A stretch of 63,636 nt of DNA, filler included, from Sluysia triapertura (lineage: Eukaryota): assembly GCA_046118255.1 (NCBI GenBank). It is 5 parts of 5 records of this genome, joined end to end, with 100 filler letters (N's around TTAATTAATTAA, not from the genome) between each part and the next. Parts side by side here need not be neighbours in the genome. Positions count along the whole stretch, not along the records: positions 28,033 to 39,672 come from JBJNIA010182535.1; positions 39,773 to 51,557 come from JBJNIA010170924.1; 3 more parts are not named here. One strand, written 5' to 3'. The number at the start of each line of letters is the position of its first letter. The first letter of the stretch is position 1. The translations under genes were made by a program, and so were the position numbers. Under the pieces are notes generated by a model. The model was not told the DNA's origin and did no database searches. It saw only the letters and a list, made by a program, of their open reading frames with translations. Shown here in pieces: positions 28,447 to 40,431 of the stretch.

Positions 28447-28549
28447 AAATTGAGTTTCATTGTTTGTTTCACAATTACGAATTTCATCATTATTTCATTA
28501 TTAAGTAAATAATTTCGCAAAATTTTTCAAAACATCATTAGATACTAAT

Positions 28550-29460
28550 TTATATTCGTCTGTGTCTTGTTATTTTCGCAATAGCTTCTTTATTAGATAT
28601 GTGATTTGTCATTTGTTGAGTATTTGTGTTAAAACTTGTACGAATTTCTGTTTCATTCATTATATTTGTTTCACTTGATAACTTTTTAGTTAACGATTCT
28701 ATAAAATTTTCATAATCATGAATCGTATTATGTTTCAATAATAGGTTTAATATCTTTTGTTTGTGTAGCTGTTATTTGTAAAATTTCACTGGCCTAATTT
28801 TCTTCTACAGAATTCTGTAATATGTCATTATTATCTTCAATTTGAACCAGAGTGCTATCAGATCAGTTGCATTTAAATCATTAGTAACTAGTGGTTCAGA
28901 TGTATCTTTGAGTTCAAACTCAGAACATCCATCAAAGTTCATCATTATCTGAATTGTTTAATTTCGATGTTAAGGTAACTTTAGGAATATCCTCGCACCA
29001 AACTAATCTTTTATCGGATCCGAAAGATACCAAACTTCCATTACTTTGTAATATAATTGAATTTTCTTTGATTATATATTTTGGTGTTTGATTCTTTAAG
29101 GATATTATTTGTGCAAAAGATTCATTTGAATGTCTCGTTAATGTAGGAAGACAATTAATTAAAGATTTGTCATTTGATTCTGATTGGATGATTTAATTGG
29201 TGAAAAATAGATTGGAATAATGTAGAAGGTGATTTCAAGGATTGCAAAGATAATGAAGGTGTTGATCTTGATCTTGAAGATCGATTTTAGTTAAATCTCG
29301 TTTAAATCACGAAGGTATTTCGGAAGATATGCGAGAATGATAGAATAAATCAAAATTTTTAATATTCATGCCAGCGTTCTGAGTTGCAAATTCTTTACAT
29401 TGTTTATTATTCACTGCGTCAAAAAAATGTCGTTGAATCAAGAGAATCATTGGATAAATG
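28550..29460 (-). pseudogene. Degenerate coding unit C behind a G-free leader; family membership uncertain
   Basis: Leader begins tggtgaccaag (~29620). Fragments LFYHSRIS, RSSRSRSTPS and LNHPIRIK weakly resemble LFYDVRIS and KCHPIRIQ of copy D. Ends in ORF 28550..28738. Confidence 0.3.
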
Positions 29461-30098
29461 TTTTTGTATTAAGAGTAGAAATTTCATTTTTTAATTAAAT
29501 TTTGAATTTTTTTAAACTGAAAAAGATTTTACGTTATTGAGATTTAATATTTTAAGTTATTTTGTTGTTATGTGGTTGTGTAGAAATTTTTGTGATAAAA
29601 TTTTGTGTAATAAGCTTGGTCACCAGAGTTAAGTTAAATATTTCTTAACTTTTCTTCCTTATGTTATGATCATATCACAACCCTTTAAAATCATTTAAAA
29701 GTCGTTATATTCGAAAAATGAAAACATGTTTTCTAAAAAATTAATTTATTTTCCACAAAAGAAAACATTTTCTAAAATTGAAAAAGAATTCTAGAATTCT
29801 ATTCGTTTTGGATTGGCTGTTGGTTAATATGTATAACTGCAGCTGAAACATAAAGACAGTTAATTTTCACGCAATTAAATTTTTCTGTTTTTGGTTTTGA
29901 AATTCGGACACATTATATTCCCTTGGATTAAAGAGCTACATCCTACTCGTATTCACTTGCGCGTCAGATCAACTCAATTTTATTGAAAAAACTCTACTTT
30001 TCTATAACTTTTGGTACGTTTTTTCCTGAAAGGTAATTTTAATTCTAGTAGTTAAACTTATAAAATCGATTCAAAATGAATTTTGTAACATTCCCGAT

Positions 30099-30118
30099 TG
30101 TGTGTGTGTGTGTGTGTG
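30099..30118. repeat. (TG)n microsatellite
   Basis: Seen directly. Confidence 0.9.
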
Positions 30119-30540
30119 TAATAGAGTGCACTATTGTGATTTGATTCCTGGTGGTAATGTTTTGGTTATAAATTATAATTTTGGTTATAATTTATATAAG
30201 AAAATCTTTTTGAACGAACTACTACGTTTCATCCATGCGATTATCCGTGAATACAAAATTATCCAAATAAATAAATAATTATTCCGAATAAAATATCACA
30301 AATTTTAAATGTGTTATAGCTTTTTGATTTGTTCTGTTTTTGTTATTATTAGTGTGTGAATTTTGTCGAGCTTATATACTATTTTCTTAAATGATTTCCT
30401 TTTTATTCAATGTTTACAATTAATTTAATTTTTTCATAAAATAAATAATTCATTTATGAAACAAATAAATAATTAATTTCCGGTTTAAGATTTTAAATAA
30501 TTTGTTTATTAATTAAATCATAAGTAATGAATTAATAGTA

Positions 30541-30710
30541 CACATTTCCCTCGTTTTACTATGTTAAAGAAAAATTTAAAATTAAATATTGAAAATAAAC
30601 TGCCATGATGATCAAAAGGAATAAATTTTCAATATTTAATTTAAAATTTTTTTTGAACCCCGTAAAATCGAAAATGTAAAATGTACTGTGTAAAACGAGG
30701 TATAGTGGTG
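30541..30710. mobile_element. 170-bp fold-back MITE
   Basis: TA-flanked. Outer arms cctcgttttac / gtaaaacgagg, inner arms aattaaatattgaaaat / attttcaatatttaatt. Confidence 0.72.
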
Positions 30711-32636
30711 TACATGTGAATAGTATATATCTCTTAAAAATATTTGCTAATCGCTTTCTAAGTCAAATATTACAATTGAAATTTCTGTTCCAATTGATAA
30801 TTAGTAATTTAAAAATATCACCCACTCAAATTTTCAATTCTGTTGTCGCATAGCAATAATACATTTGTAATTATTTTCTTTTCTTGCTGTAAAATTTTGT
30901 GATTTTTAGTGACAAATATTACTTCGTATCGTATTTTTCACTGTTACCACAAAAATGGCAAATAATATTTCGAATTTCACTTAGTGTTTCTATAATTCTT
31001 CGTTTCCTATAGTTAATTTTGTTTCATTCTAGAATAAAATATATTTATATAATCTTATTTTCATTTCTTCTTTATAGCACTTAATTAACACTGGCCACAT
31101 TATTTATTTAAACCCGCCTTTCGTTATTTTGTGCTTATTTTTCATTTCCATTTTTCTAAAATCGAATGTTTTTCTTTCTTATAGGGTTGTAGTGCTTTCG
31201 TTTAATCCATAGTTTATTCTTTCTAATTAAGTATGATGCGTTTTACTTCCTGTTCTTATTCTATTTTTGTTTTGTGTTTTCTTTTAGAAAATGATGCATT
31301 TTCGAGTTTTATAAATCTTATTGTAATACTTATAATAATACTTATTATTTATATAGCGCTAAAATTTACTTCTAAATTTGTATGAAAAATTAAACAGAAT
31401 TTGAGTAAGCATAAAATAAACTTAAAATGATTAATTAAAAATAACGAATGTGTCAATGCATAAGTTAATTTCAAATATAAATAATTCTGGTTTATTTGTT
31501 GTTTAATTTAATTAAAATAAAAATAAGAAATCAAATACTGCATATTTATAAAATAAAATAAATTTGATTTAGAATATAATTTTGATATAAATTTGGTAAT
31601 GGAATAAACTGTGAATCTGATTATTGATAAATGTCGCATATCAGTTAAATTATTGTTGTCAAAATTAAATTGATACAAGCGAGTTTCTCAAAAATGCTGC
31701 TGTTGATTCTATGTTTATAGAGATTAGCACTACAAATATTTGCTTTTATAAATCAAACCAATCAAACTAGTTTATAATTAATCATGCGGTGCTTAGTTCT
31801 CAAGAGATGGAATTACGAATCTAATTGAAATTAAAATCCTAGATTTCTACATTCAGAAAGTAAATTTATTACAAAAAAATTAATGAGATAATACAATTAT
31901 AATTAATAAAATAATCTCATTAAATTTTGTTAGGTTAACTTTGTTATATTCGTTATTAATAATTATCTACACCGAAATCTACCTAAATTTTATTGAGACT
32001 AATGCAAGTATGTGTTCTTTTTGGCAAACATCTTTTATTTTGTGCTTTTTGTTGTATTTAATTTATCCTGAACTTTAAATTTTTAACAAAGAGAAAATCT
32101 GAATCTAGTACCTGCCATTAAAAATGCATTAATTGACATCTTTTTGATGTAATAAAAATGGGATACAAATACCAAAAAACCAGTATATTTTACAAAAATA
32201 TGTATGATATTTATGATATTAACATAAAATTCTGAAAAAATTCGATTTATGTAATGTAACAAGTCTAATGTACTTCTTTCTTTTGTTTAGCACAATTTAA
32301 AATGTCAAATAATATTAAGATTTACAAAATAATCTCAAGAGTAATAAAGTTAAATAAGAAGAGTATTGTGTTTTAGAATGATGATTTATAGATTTGCTGT
32401 GGTTTTTCTAATTATTGAAATGTATTTCTAAACCGTAATACAATTTATGACTTTGTGGTTAACGAAAACATTAAATATAATGTAATAAATTTTAATGTAA
32501 ATGTAAAATATTTTTGTTTCTTTTAAATCTTTAAAAATCTATGCGTTATTTATTTACCTTTATTTTAAACTTTTGTCAATATGTCTGAATGCTATTTTAT
32601 ACTTTATAAATCTTATATGTACTTGTGAAATTCTTG

Positions 32637-33100
32637 TGTAGTGGCCAACCCCATAATTTAAGCTTAAATATAACTCCACTAAAACAATTTTAATCACAAT
32701 CATACTATGTAGCTATTATCACCACACAATTCACCGCATAAAACAACAATACACAATTATAACACTTTTCCAACTCACATCCACCAACGAAATAATCTCT
32801 ATCTCAAACATTCCCAACTCAATAAACTCTTACATTCATTTCAAACAACTCAAAACACTCACTCATTAAATACCTTACCAAACAATTCACAACCATAACA
32901 TAAACCTCATAAATCATAAACACAATAATATTCAAACCATACTAATAACCATTTTAGAAACAATACCATTCTACCTAAAATTTCAAGCAACAACAACAAG
33001 CTAATTCCACGTCACACAACCATACTCACCATTCATAACCAATTGCAAAAACATATTAGCACGTAAAAAATTATTTCGCAACAATCACTAAAAATCAAAT
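32637..33100 (+). promoter_or_regulatory. G-depleted leader of copy D (putative promoter/5' UTR)
   Basis: Starts tgtagtggccaacc (copy A has tgtggtggccaacc on the minus strand at ~9065-9078). No G from 32790 to 32956. Confidence 0.45.
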
Positions 33101-33199
33101 GTAGAAGACTTTAAAGAATTTATTAGATCTCCTTATCTTTTCCACTATTTCCTTTCATTTCATTTCGCATCTTATGTTCATTTTTTTTGTCATTATATA

Positions 33200-33850
33200 T
33201 CTCAGAATATAAAGATTCGAAAGAAGCAGCTCGTGTAAAAAGACATAAAGATTTATGCGTTAATTTTATTCATCATTGTTATTATTCTTATTATCACTTT
33301 TCATAATAATTTTATTATTATTATTATTCTTACTATTACTATTTTAATATTATTAGTATATATTTAATTTTATCATTTTAATATTATTATCACTCTTATT
33401 ATTATTAATTACATTAGTATTATTCTTATTATTATGCACTATTACTATTTACAGTTATTTAACTATTACATAATAATCTTGCAGTATTGAGTCACACTCT
33501 TGATGTAATAATTAATTTTATCACCAATCCCTCTACCAAATGTCACCCAATCAGAATACAGTACTACAAATATCAATCATCTACTTTTCAACGATCTGAT
33601 TGGGTGCACAAAGTCAGACAGCCATCTTATGACGTCATTATACATAGAATTTCAAAGACAGACATTAATTATTGGCAAATAATTTCCTAGTTGATGAAAA
33701 CAAAAAAGTACGCCAGCCATTTTTTAAAAGCACAAATTTTATGTTCAACATTCTCAATAATTTCTCGAGCTAAATTTTAAAACTTGCAGTTTAATCAGCT
33801 ATTTTTACAATTACGTTCATACCAGTCAGAATTTAGAAAACTGACAATTT
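33200..33850 (+). pseudogene. Disrupted 5' part of copy D
   Basis: KEAARVKRHKDLCV, a hydrophobic low-complexity stretch and QYYKYQSSTFQRSDWVHKV (ORF 33487..33690) match copies A, B and F. Confidence 0.55.
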
Positions 33851-33851
33851 C

Positions 33852-35558
33852 ATGTCAAGATTGGTTATCATTAGTTTGTTGATGGACTCTCAACATATAC
33901 CAAATACAAATCATTTATTTTATGATGTTCGAATTTCAGATATTAGACACAATTTTAGTGTATCCAAAACCGATACTATTGTACGGTATGTTAATCAGCA
34001 GTTCACTTCCAATGCAAGACATAATGGCGTATATGTTTTTAACCCGTTTATTGTAGATGAATCTCTGAATTTAAGTGCACTAAATACATCGTCGGTCGTA
34101 CAATTTAGATCAACCTATTCATTTGATGACAAAATAGTAAGTCACTATAAAGTAGATGCTAAAATTAATGACACGATCATTATAACCAACGTTACAAGTA
34201 GTCGAGACGATTTTATTTCTATTCGTTCTGATCAGTCGACTGACCCAAAGAAACAAAAATCAATATTACAACAGTTATTCCCAATTATTCATGCGCATGA
34301 AGATCTAATATTTCAGGTATGTAAAGCCAATCCTACTATCCATTTAGAGTCATGTATCCATCGTATATTCAATGAAATTTACTCATACCATGATTATTTG
34401 ATAAAAAAGGAACTTAGCTATTTTAAAGATTATATGTTCAATAAAGTTTATCCAGATTTTTATGTTTTAGTCAAAAAGGAACTCAGTAGATGTAAGGAAC
34501 AACATTATAGACATACAACTTTTATATTTGATGTTACCTATATAAATGTTAGTAAATCGATTAAGAAACAACGTCACAGATATTACATGTCAGATGCAAT
34601 GTATTTAAATATTAGTAACCAGATCAAAGAACGATTCTATAGATCCACTCTAAAATTGATTGAAGAAAATCTAAATTGTACACGTCATTTGGTCCTAATA
34701 TTCGATCACTTTCAGAATAATAGAGGTAATACTTTCACCTTAAATTTTATTTGTTCTGTTTATTGTAACAATTGTCTTTATATTATTTATTACAGATTAA
34801 CCTACCTGGTGAGCGATGAAAATGGAACGTGGTATGAGGTCAAGCTTGCAGGAAACTTCTCGAAGTCCAACATCTTTTACAATAAATCATCTTTATTAGG
34901 AATTTTAATAAATTATCAATTTGTGTATTTTTGTATAATTTTTCTTTACAATGTAAAATTAAAAAATAATTATAACAACTTCTCGCTACTTCTTTTTTTT
35001 AAAATCAAACTTGCAGATAAAGTGTTTACGAACATTAATGACATTGTGGAGGTCGATGTTAGAGTAAATTTCAACGATTCTGTTCTAAAAATAAAATGTA
35101 AATTGACGATAATATTTCTAATAAATTCAAAAAATATAAATTCAATGTTATCCGAAAATAATATGAGTAAATTTATAACTAGCCATAACATCACCAGACC
35201 TTCTAACTTTAAATATTTAAAAAACCACAAACAATCTTGTAAGAATAACATTGACCACAAAGGTAAACACGATGTTAAGTTCACTGTGTCTTTAGAGGGT
35301 TATCTAATTCACAAGTGTCATACTTCCGTTCATAAGATACTATTATGTGTTAACAACAAAACTGAATATAAACCCTCAAAAATTAGAATTAAGTTTTATC
35401 TCTTTTCATTCTCTATATTAACGCCCTCAAAGCCATCATATATCATACAACATACTTCAACTTACAACAACAAACCATTAACATCTTTAACATACCCCTC
35501 CATATATATGAGGTGGACTGATCCCTCAGATAATTTGCAATTAAGTGTAAGATATTAA
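33852..35558 (+). CDS. 568-aa uncharacterised protein, longest open member of the repeated family (copy D)
   Basis: 1.7-kb stop-free frame in very AT-rich DNA. Shares motifs with decayed copies elsewhere in the window. No recognisable known domain. Confidence 0.7.
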   Translation: MSRLVIISLLMDSQHIPNTNHLFYDVRISDIRHNFSVSKTDTIVRYVNQQFTSNARHNGVYVFNPFIVDESLNLSALNTSSVVQFRSTYSFDDKIVSHYKVDAKINDTIIITNVTSSRDDFISIRSDQSTDPKKQKSILQQLFPIIHAHEDLIFQVCKANPTIHLESCIHRIFNEIYSYHDYLIKKELSYFKDYMFNKVYPDFYVLVKKELSRCKEQHYRHTTFIFDVTYINVSKSIKKQRHRYYMSDAMYLNISNQIKERFYRSTLKLIEENLNCTRHLVLIFDHFQNNRGNTFTLNFICSVYCNNCLYIIYYRLTYLVSDENGTWYEVKLAGNFSKSNIFYNKSSLLGILINYQFVYFCIIFLYNVKLKNNYNNFSLLLFFKIKLADKVFTNINDIVEVDVRVNFNDSVLKIKCKLTIIFLINSKNINSMLSENNMSKFITSHNITRPSNFKYLKNHKQSCKNNIDHKGKHDVKFTVSLEGYLIHKCHTSVHKILLCVNNKTEYKPSKIRIKFYLFSFSILTPSKPSYIIQHTSTYNNKPLTSLTYPSIYMRWTDPSDNLQLSVRY

Positions 35559-36479
35559 AAAACACTAGCAATTATTATACTAGATTTATTTTTAATACCA
35601 ATAACAATGATTTTATTTCTGAAATATTTCAAAGATTTTAAATACCTTATTTATTCATAAGTATGGTTATATAAGTATAAACTTTCTATAGAGTAATACA
35701 ATCTACTTAAACTACTATTTTTTACGGTTAGTCATTAAGGCCAATCACAAAATCAACTTAAAATCTCAAATCTTTAGTTGGTCCTTAAGGTCAATTATAA
35801 AATCACAGGACAGAGTCTTCGGCTAGGTCCTTATTACAACTTAAATACTATTCATATTATAATTTTATTGTTTTTTGTATTATTAATTATTATTTATTCA
35901 TTTTATTAAATTAACGTTAATTATGTTTTATTTTTGTGTAATAAAAAGAAAATATATTAAAAGGATTTTTCAGATTTTATGAAATCTAAGCTGAATTCAT
36001 AATAAATTTGAGTCACAAAATAATTTTCATCTAGCATCAAGATTACGTCAATTTTAACATTACTTTTTATTGAATTTTAACGAACGCGATATCGAAGTTT
36101 AGAAATTTAATAATTAGTACGTTTTCATACTATCGTTATTTACTTAATTTTAACTTAAATATTTACCATATTAGCGTTGGTCTTACTTAGTTTTTTGAGT
36201 TATCTGTTGTAAAAAACGACGAATTTTGTCTATTATTGTTAAGATAAGGCGAAGCATCTTTTTGTACGATTAATTTGGATAATTGCTTTCAGATAATTTT
36301 ACAGGTACGCCATTAGTAAGTCGTATACTGTAAACGGACTCATAATAATTAATTATTTTGCTGTAGGTTAGGTTTTTAGATTATGAAAAACACCAGCAAT
36401 TGTTATTATGCGTCAACGAGAATTTCAATATTGCTCACGTATTTTAATATGTATCATCATGGAACCAAAATGTATGCTC

Positions 36480-38901
36480 TCAAGGAAACCACAGATACAA
36501 ATATAAAATCTGTCACATGATCGAAGATTACGAGTTATATATTTTGGAATTCGTTATTTGTCAATGATAATAGTTTTATTTTACATGTTGAGAAAAATGC
36601 ATTCATTTCAAGGTTTATATTATCACTTGTTACTCACTATTTATAACATTATTCGATTATTAAGAGTAAATTATTTTTGTAGTTTTTTTAGAAATAGTTT
36701 ATTAAAATATTTTCCATTATCATAATGAGAATTAAATTACCACTATGCATTTAGACAAAGTATTATTTACATTAGATCTTGTCAAATACGCCATTTATTT
36801 AGAATTTATTTAATGAAATTTATTTATTTTTAGTCGTTTATTGTTTTCTAACTCCTTGAAATTTGCCGACACTCAGCAAAACCGAGATTAGCGGAGTGTT
36901 ATCATAAGGATATAACTAAAAAGAAATTTATGTAAATGTAACGAATAACGAATAATGCTCATTTTCATGTGTATTTTAATTCTAAAATGATTTTAAAATC
37001 ATTAAAAAAAATTTAAAGTGAGATTACAAAGAGATTATATAAATTCAAAATTTAGTAACAAATGACGATCACTTTTAAATTGAAATTGGAGAAATAATTA
37101 TTTTAAATGAGATTGTATTAAAATTTACAAACATTAAACCTTACTATCACAATCAATAAAATCATAAGAATTAATAAAAATAATATAGTATAAATTTTGC
37201 ACATATTTTCCAATAGTAATTTTGTGTATTCTCTAGAATACTGTACAATTTATATTAATACGATTCAATTACTGTTCATTATACAATTTTATATTAAATC
37301 TTTTTATAATAATACGATTCAATAACAAAGGACAATTATACAAAAATTCATAGTGACAAATTCTGTATTATAAGTATAGAGACCCAATTCAATAATCAAA
37401 GAGATATTGATTGTTACCTGGAGAAAATTTCGTTCATTGAAGGCAGACTTAATAAACATCTTGTCAATCTGAATTCTGTCAAAGATTTCAGTAAGTTTAT
37501 TAATCGTCGCTTCAATATAAAAAGTCACTGTAAATTAATAGAAGTTTTCCTTAATATTAAAATCGCATTATTATAAAATAAATTTATATCTAAATTAACA
37601 AAATTATATCATTGATTAATATTATTGATTATTTATTATCATTGTTCACATGTTTAATTATAAATATAACCTTTTTTAATTTTATTTTTATTAACAGTTA
37701 GAAGAGAGGGAATGAAGGTAGAGCAACATAGTAAAGTTGAACCAAAATTAAAATTTTTATACAACGAAATTCTTATAATAAAGTTAAAATATAACCAAAT
37801 AACGGCAAAGTTTAAACATAAAACTCATAATCGTTGTAAAATTAAATTGTTTAGTACTTCCATCTTGAACAGCTGAGACGAGTAGTATTTGAATTCATAC
37901 CTTCAGATAAAGTAAATCTATGAGTAAAGTAAATTTTTCACTTATTCAACATTTATTTGCAAACATTTTTTAAAATAAATATCATGTTAATTTATCTAGG
38001 AATATCGAATAGTAACTACTGGTCATAGTTTGGGAGCTGGTGTTGGGATACTTTTATCGTGCTTATTGAAAACCGACTATCCTTCTATAACGTGCTATGC
38101 GTTTGGACCACCTTTGGCAACTGTAAAGTTTGTGTTTTATATACTGATTATTCATTTTTGAATTATAAACATTTAATCCAATTTTCATATTTACAGAATT
38201 GGCAAAAAAGTTCATAACAAATTTAAATAGTAATCTCCTAAATGATAAGCACACCAGTGTTAATGTAGTTTTTTGTTAAAAAACTTTGTTATTTTTAAAA
38301 TATATTATTGTTTCAGCAAAATTTTATTATTTTTATTAAAAACAAAAAGGAAGGACTTAAGGTCCTTTAAAAAACATATCATTGAACTGAAAAACAAACA
38401 AGAATAATTAATTCCATTTATTAAACAATTAGTATAAACAAAAACACCAAAAAATTTGTTATGAAAATCAAAACTAGATAAAATTTGTAACTTTATAAAA
38501 TTATTAAAACCTGGAACAAAGTAGTATTTCCAACTAAAACCTTGATCGCAAGAAGTGATTGCATTTCCGTAAGCAAAATAAAATTCTCGTAAATCCACGG
38601 CATTTTGAATTAAACATAAAACACAAAGATTAGCTCGAGTAAAACTGTAGTGAGATTCTTGATTTTTTTGAACTAGTTTAGCTGCCTTCCTTTCCTTCAG
38701 CTTCGCTTTTAGTGTAGCATAACTTAAAGACAATTTATTTGGAAAATCATCATCGCACAAAATCCCGTTTTTTTGAATATTTAAAATAAAAGTAACCTCA
38801 TTTACATTATCTAAATTATTTTTAGCATTTACTTGTTCAAAGTCTACAACGCGTACATTGACGTTTTTGTCTGACTTATTCTTGGCTCTACTTTGTAACA
38901 T
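36480..38901 (-). pseudogene. Unidentified repeated-family copy F (ORFs 38305..38901, 38063..38254, 37319..37528)
   Basis: KERKAAKL..ANLCV, QYIKHKLYSCQRW, IYFTHRFTLSE, YIEATINKL and LVIFDH (36517-36534; LVLIFDH in copy D) occur in the same order as in D. G-poor leader at ~39200-39660. Confidence 0.62.
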
Positions 38902-39672
38902 TCATATTTTTCTTAAAAGTTCATGTGAACTTTTTGGAAACATAAAAATATTTCTTCTGAAACGCTTTCTGTGAACTTTTTTAGTTTTAAAGGATTTAGT
39001 TTTATGAATTACCTTTAAATTTTAATATTAAAACAAAAATTAAAAAGGATAAAATATTTATGAAATTTCTTTTAAACTTTCTTTGTATTTAAATTTTGTT
39101 TTAGTTATTTTATTTAAGTATTCCTTTAGTTTTTATAGGTTCCGTGGATCTTTCAGAAATACTACAATGTTTCGTGCTACATGACAAATGTATAGTACAA
39201 CTAAAACAATAAAAATGATAATCACAGTAATACAGCAACAATGTGACCCGTGGTGGTGTTATGGAACGATACTGTAAAAAAAGTATTGGATCACATTAAA
39301 TCAAAAAAGAAAACGTATTTGGTTATTATGATTTTAGGGTGATTATATTAATTTTGTTGTAGAATTTTATGGTTCGAAGTTTTAATGCTTTGTAGTTATG
39401 TTAAAAGTGGTAAATTAATAATGTGTGAGCTGAATTAGGCGTATGACGATGTATTAGTAATAGAAATTTTTGTTGGAGTTTGCGTATAATTTACTGTGAA
39501 GTTTCAAATATATATTGACCGTATGTGAATGTTTTAAAATGTGTGAAAAGTATCAAAATGTTTTGTTTGTGAATCGTGTATAGGTTTCTGTTTGGAACAA
39601 GATCGTCGCATGTTTGTTGCATAACTTGGTGTCTGACTAATTGTGTGAGCTTTGCCCAAAGATTAAGCTATA

Positions 39673-39772
39673 NNNNNNNNNNNNNNNNNNNNNNNNNNNN
39701 NNNNNNNNNNNNNNNNTTAATTAATTAANNNNNNNNNNNNNNNNNNNNNNNNNNNNNNNNNNNNNNNNNNNN
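39673..39772. other. Assembly join (artificial linker)
   Basis: N44-TTAATTAATTAA-N44. Confidence 0.97.
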
Positions 39773-39878
39773 ATTTTATAATTTTATAATTTATAATTTT
39801 AGATAATTTATAATAAAGTATAATTTTATAATTTTATAATTTATAATTTATAATTTTAGATAAAGTATAATTTATATA
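39773..39878. repeat. (ATTTTATA)n-type short tandem repeat at contig start
   Basis: Repeated attttata/atttata units. Confidence 0.85.
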
Positions 39879-40372
39879 AAAATGTCTGTTTTATTTCCGA
39901 ATTTGAAATGAATCATTTAATTTAAGTTTACTTTAGTAATTTATTTTCAATAATAAAAAATCATTTTTTAATTTCAATTATTAATTCTATTAAAACATTA
40001 AATAAGCATTGAATTACTTAATTACGTTTGTTTAAATTAAGATTGTTGAAAATTATTTTATAATAAACATTAAAAATGTTAAATAATAATAAAAAAATTA
40101 TAAATATAATCTTAAACATTTATATATAGATTTGATTTAATGTTTCTAGTGCCACCCTGAAAATTAACAATTAGATTTTACTGAATTCATTTCCAGTAAA
40201 CATTTATATAGCCATAAAATGTAATGGATTTTAAATTTGAATAAATAGTTAAAGGAACTTACTAAAATTAATATTTATATATATATTTAGTTTAATATTT
40301 AAAAGAACTCATTTCTCTTACTAATTTCTATTTTTTATTATAAATATATCGCATTTCTTTTCAAGAGAAATA

Positions 40373-40389
40373 TTAATAATAATAATAAT

Positions 40390-40430
<41 letters not shown>
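40373..40430. repeat. (TAA)n microsatellite
   Basis: Seen directly. Confidence 0.93.

Positions 40431-40431
<1 letters not shown>

Noticed and set aside
34970-35284. 104-aa minus-strand ORF
   Set aside because: Antisense shadow lying wholly inside the 568-aa ORF.
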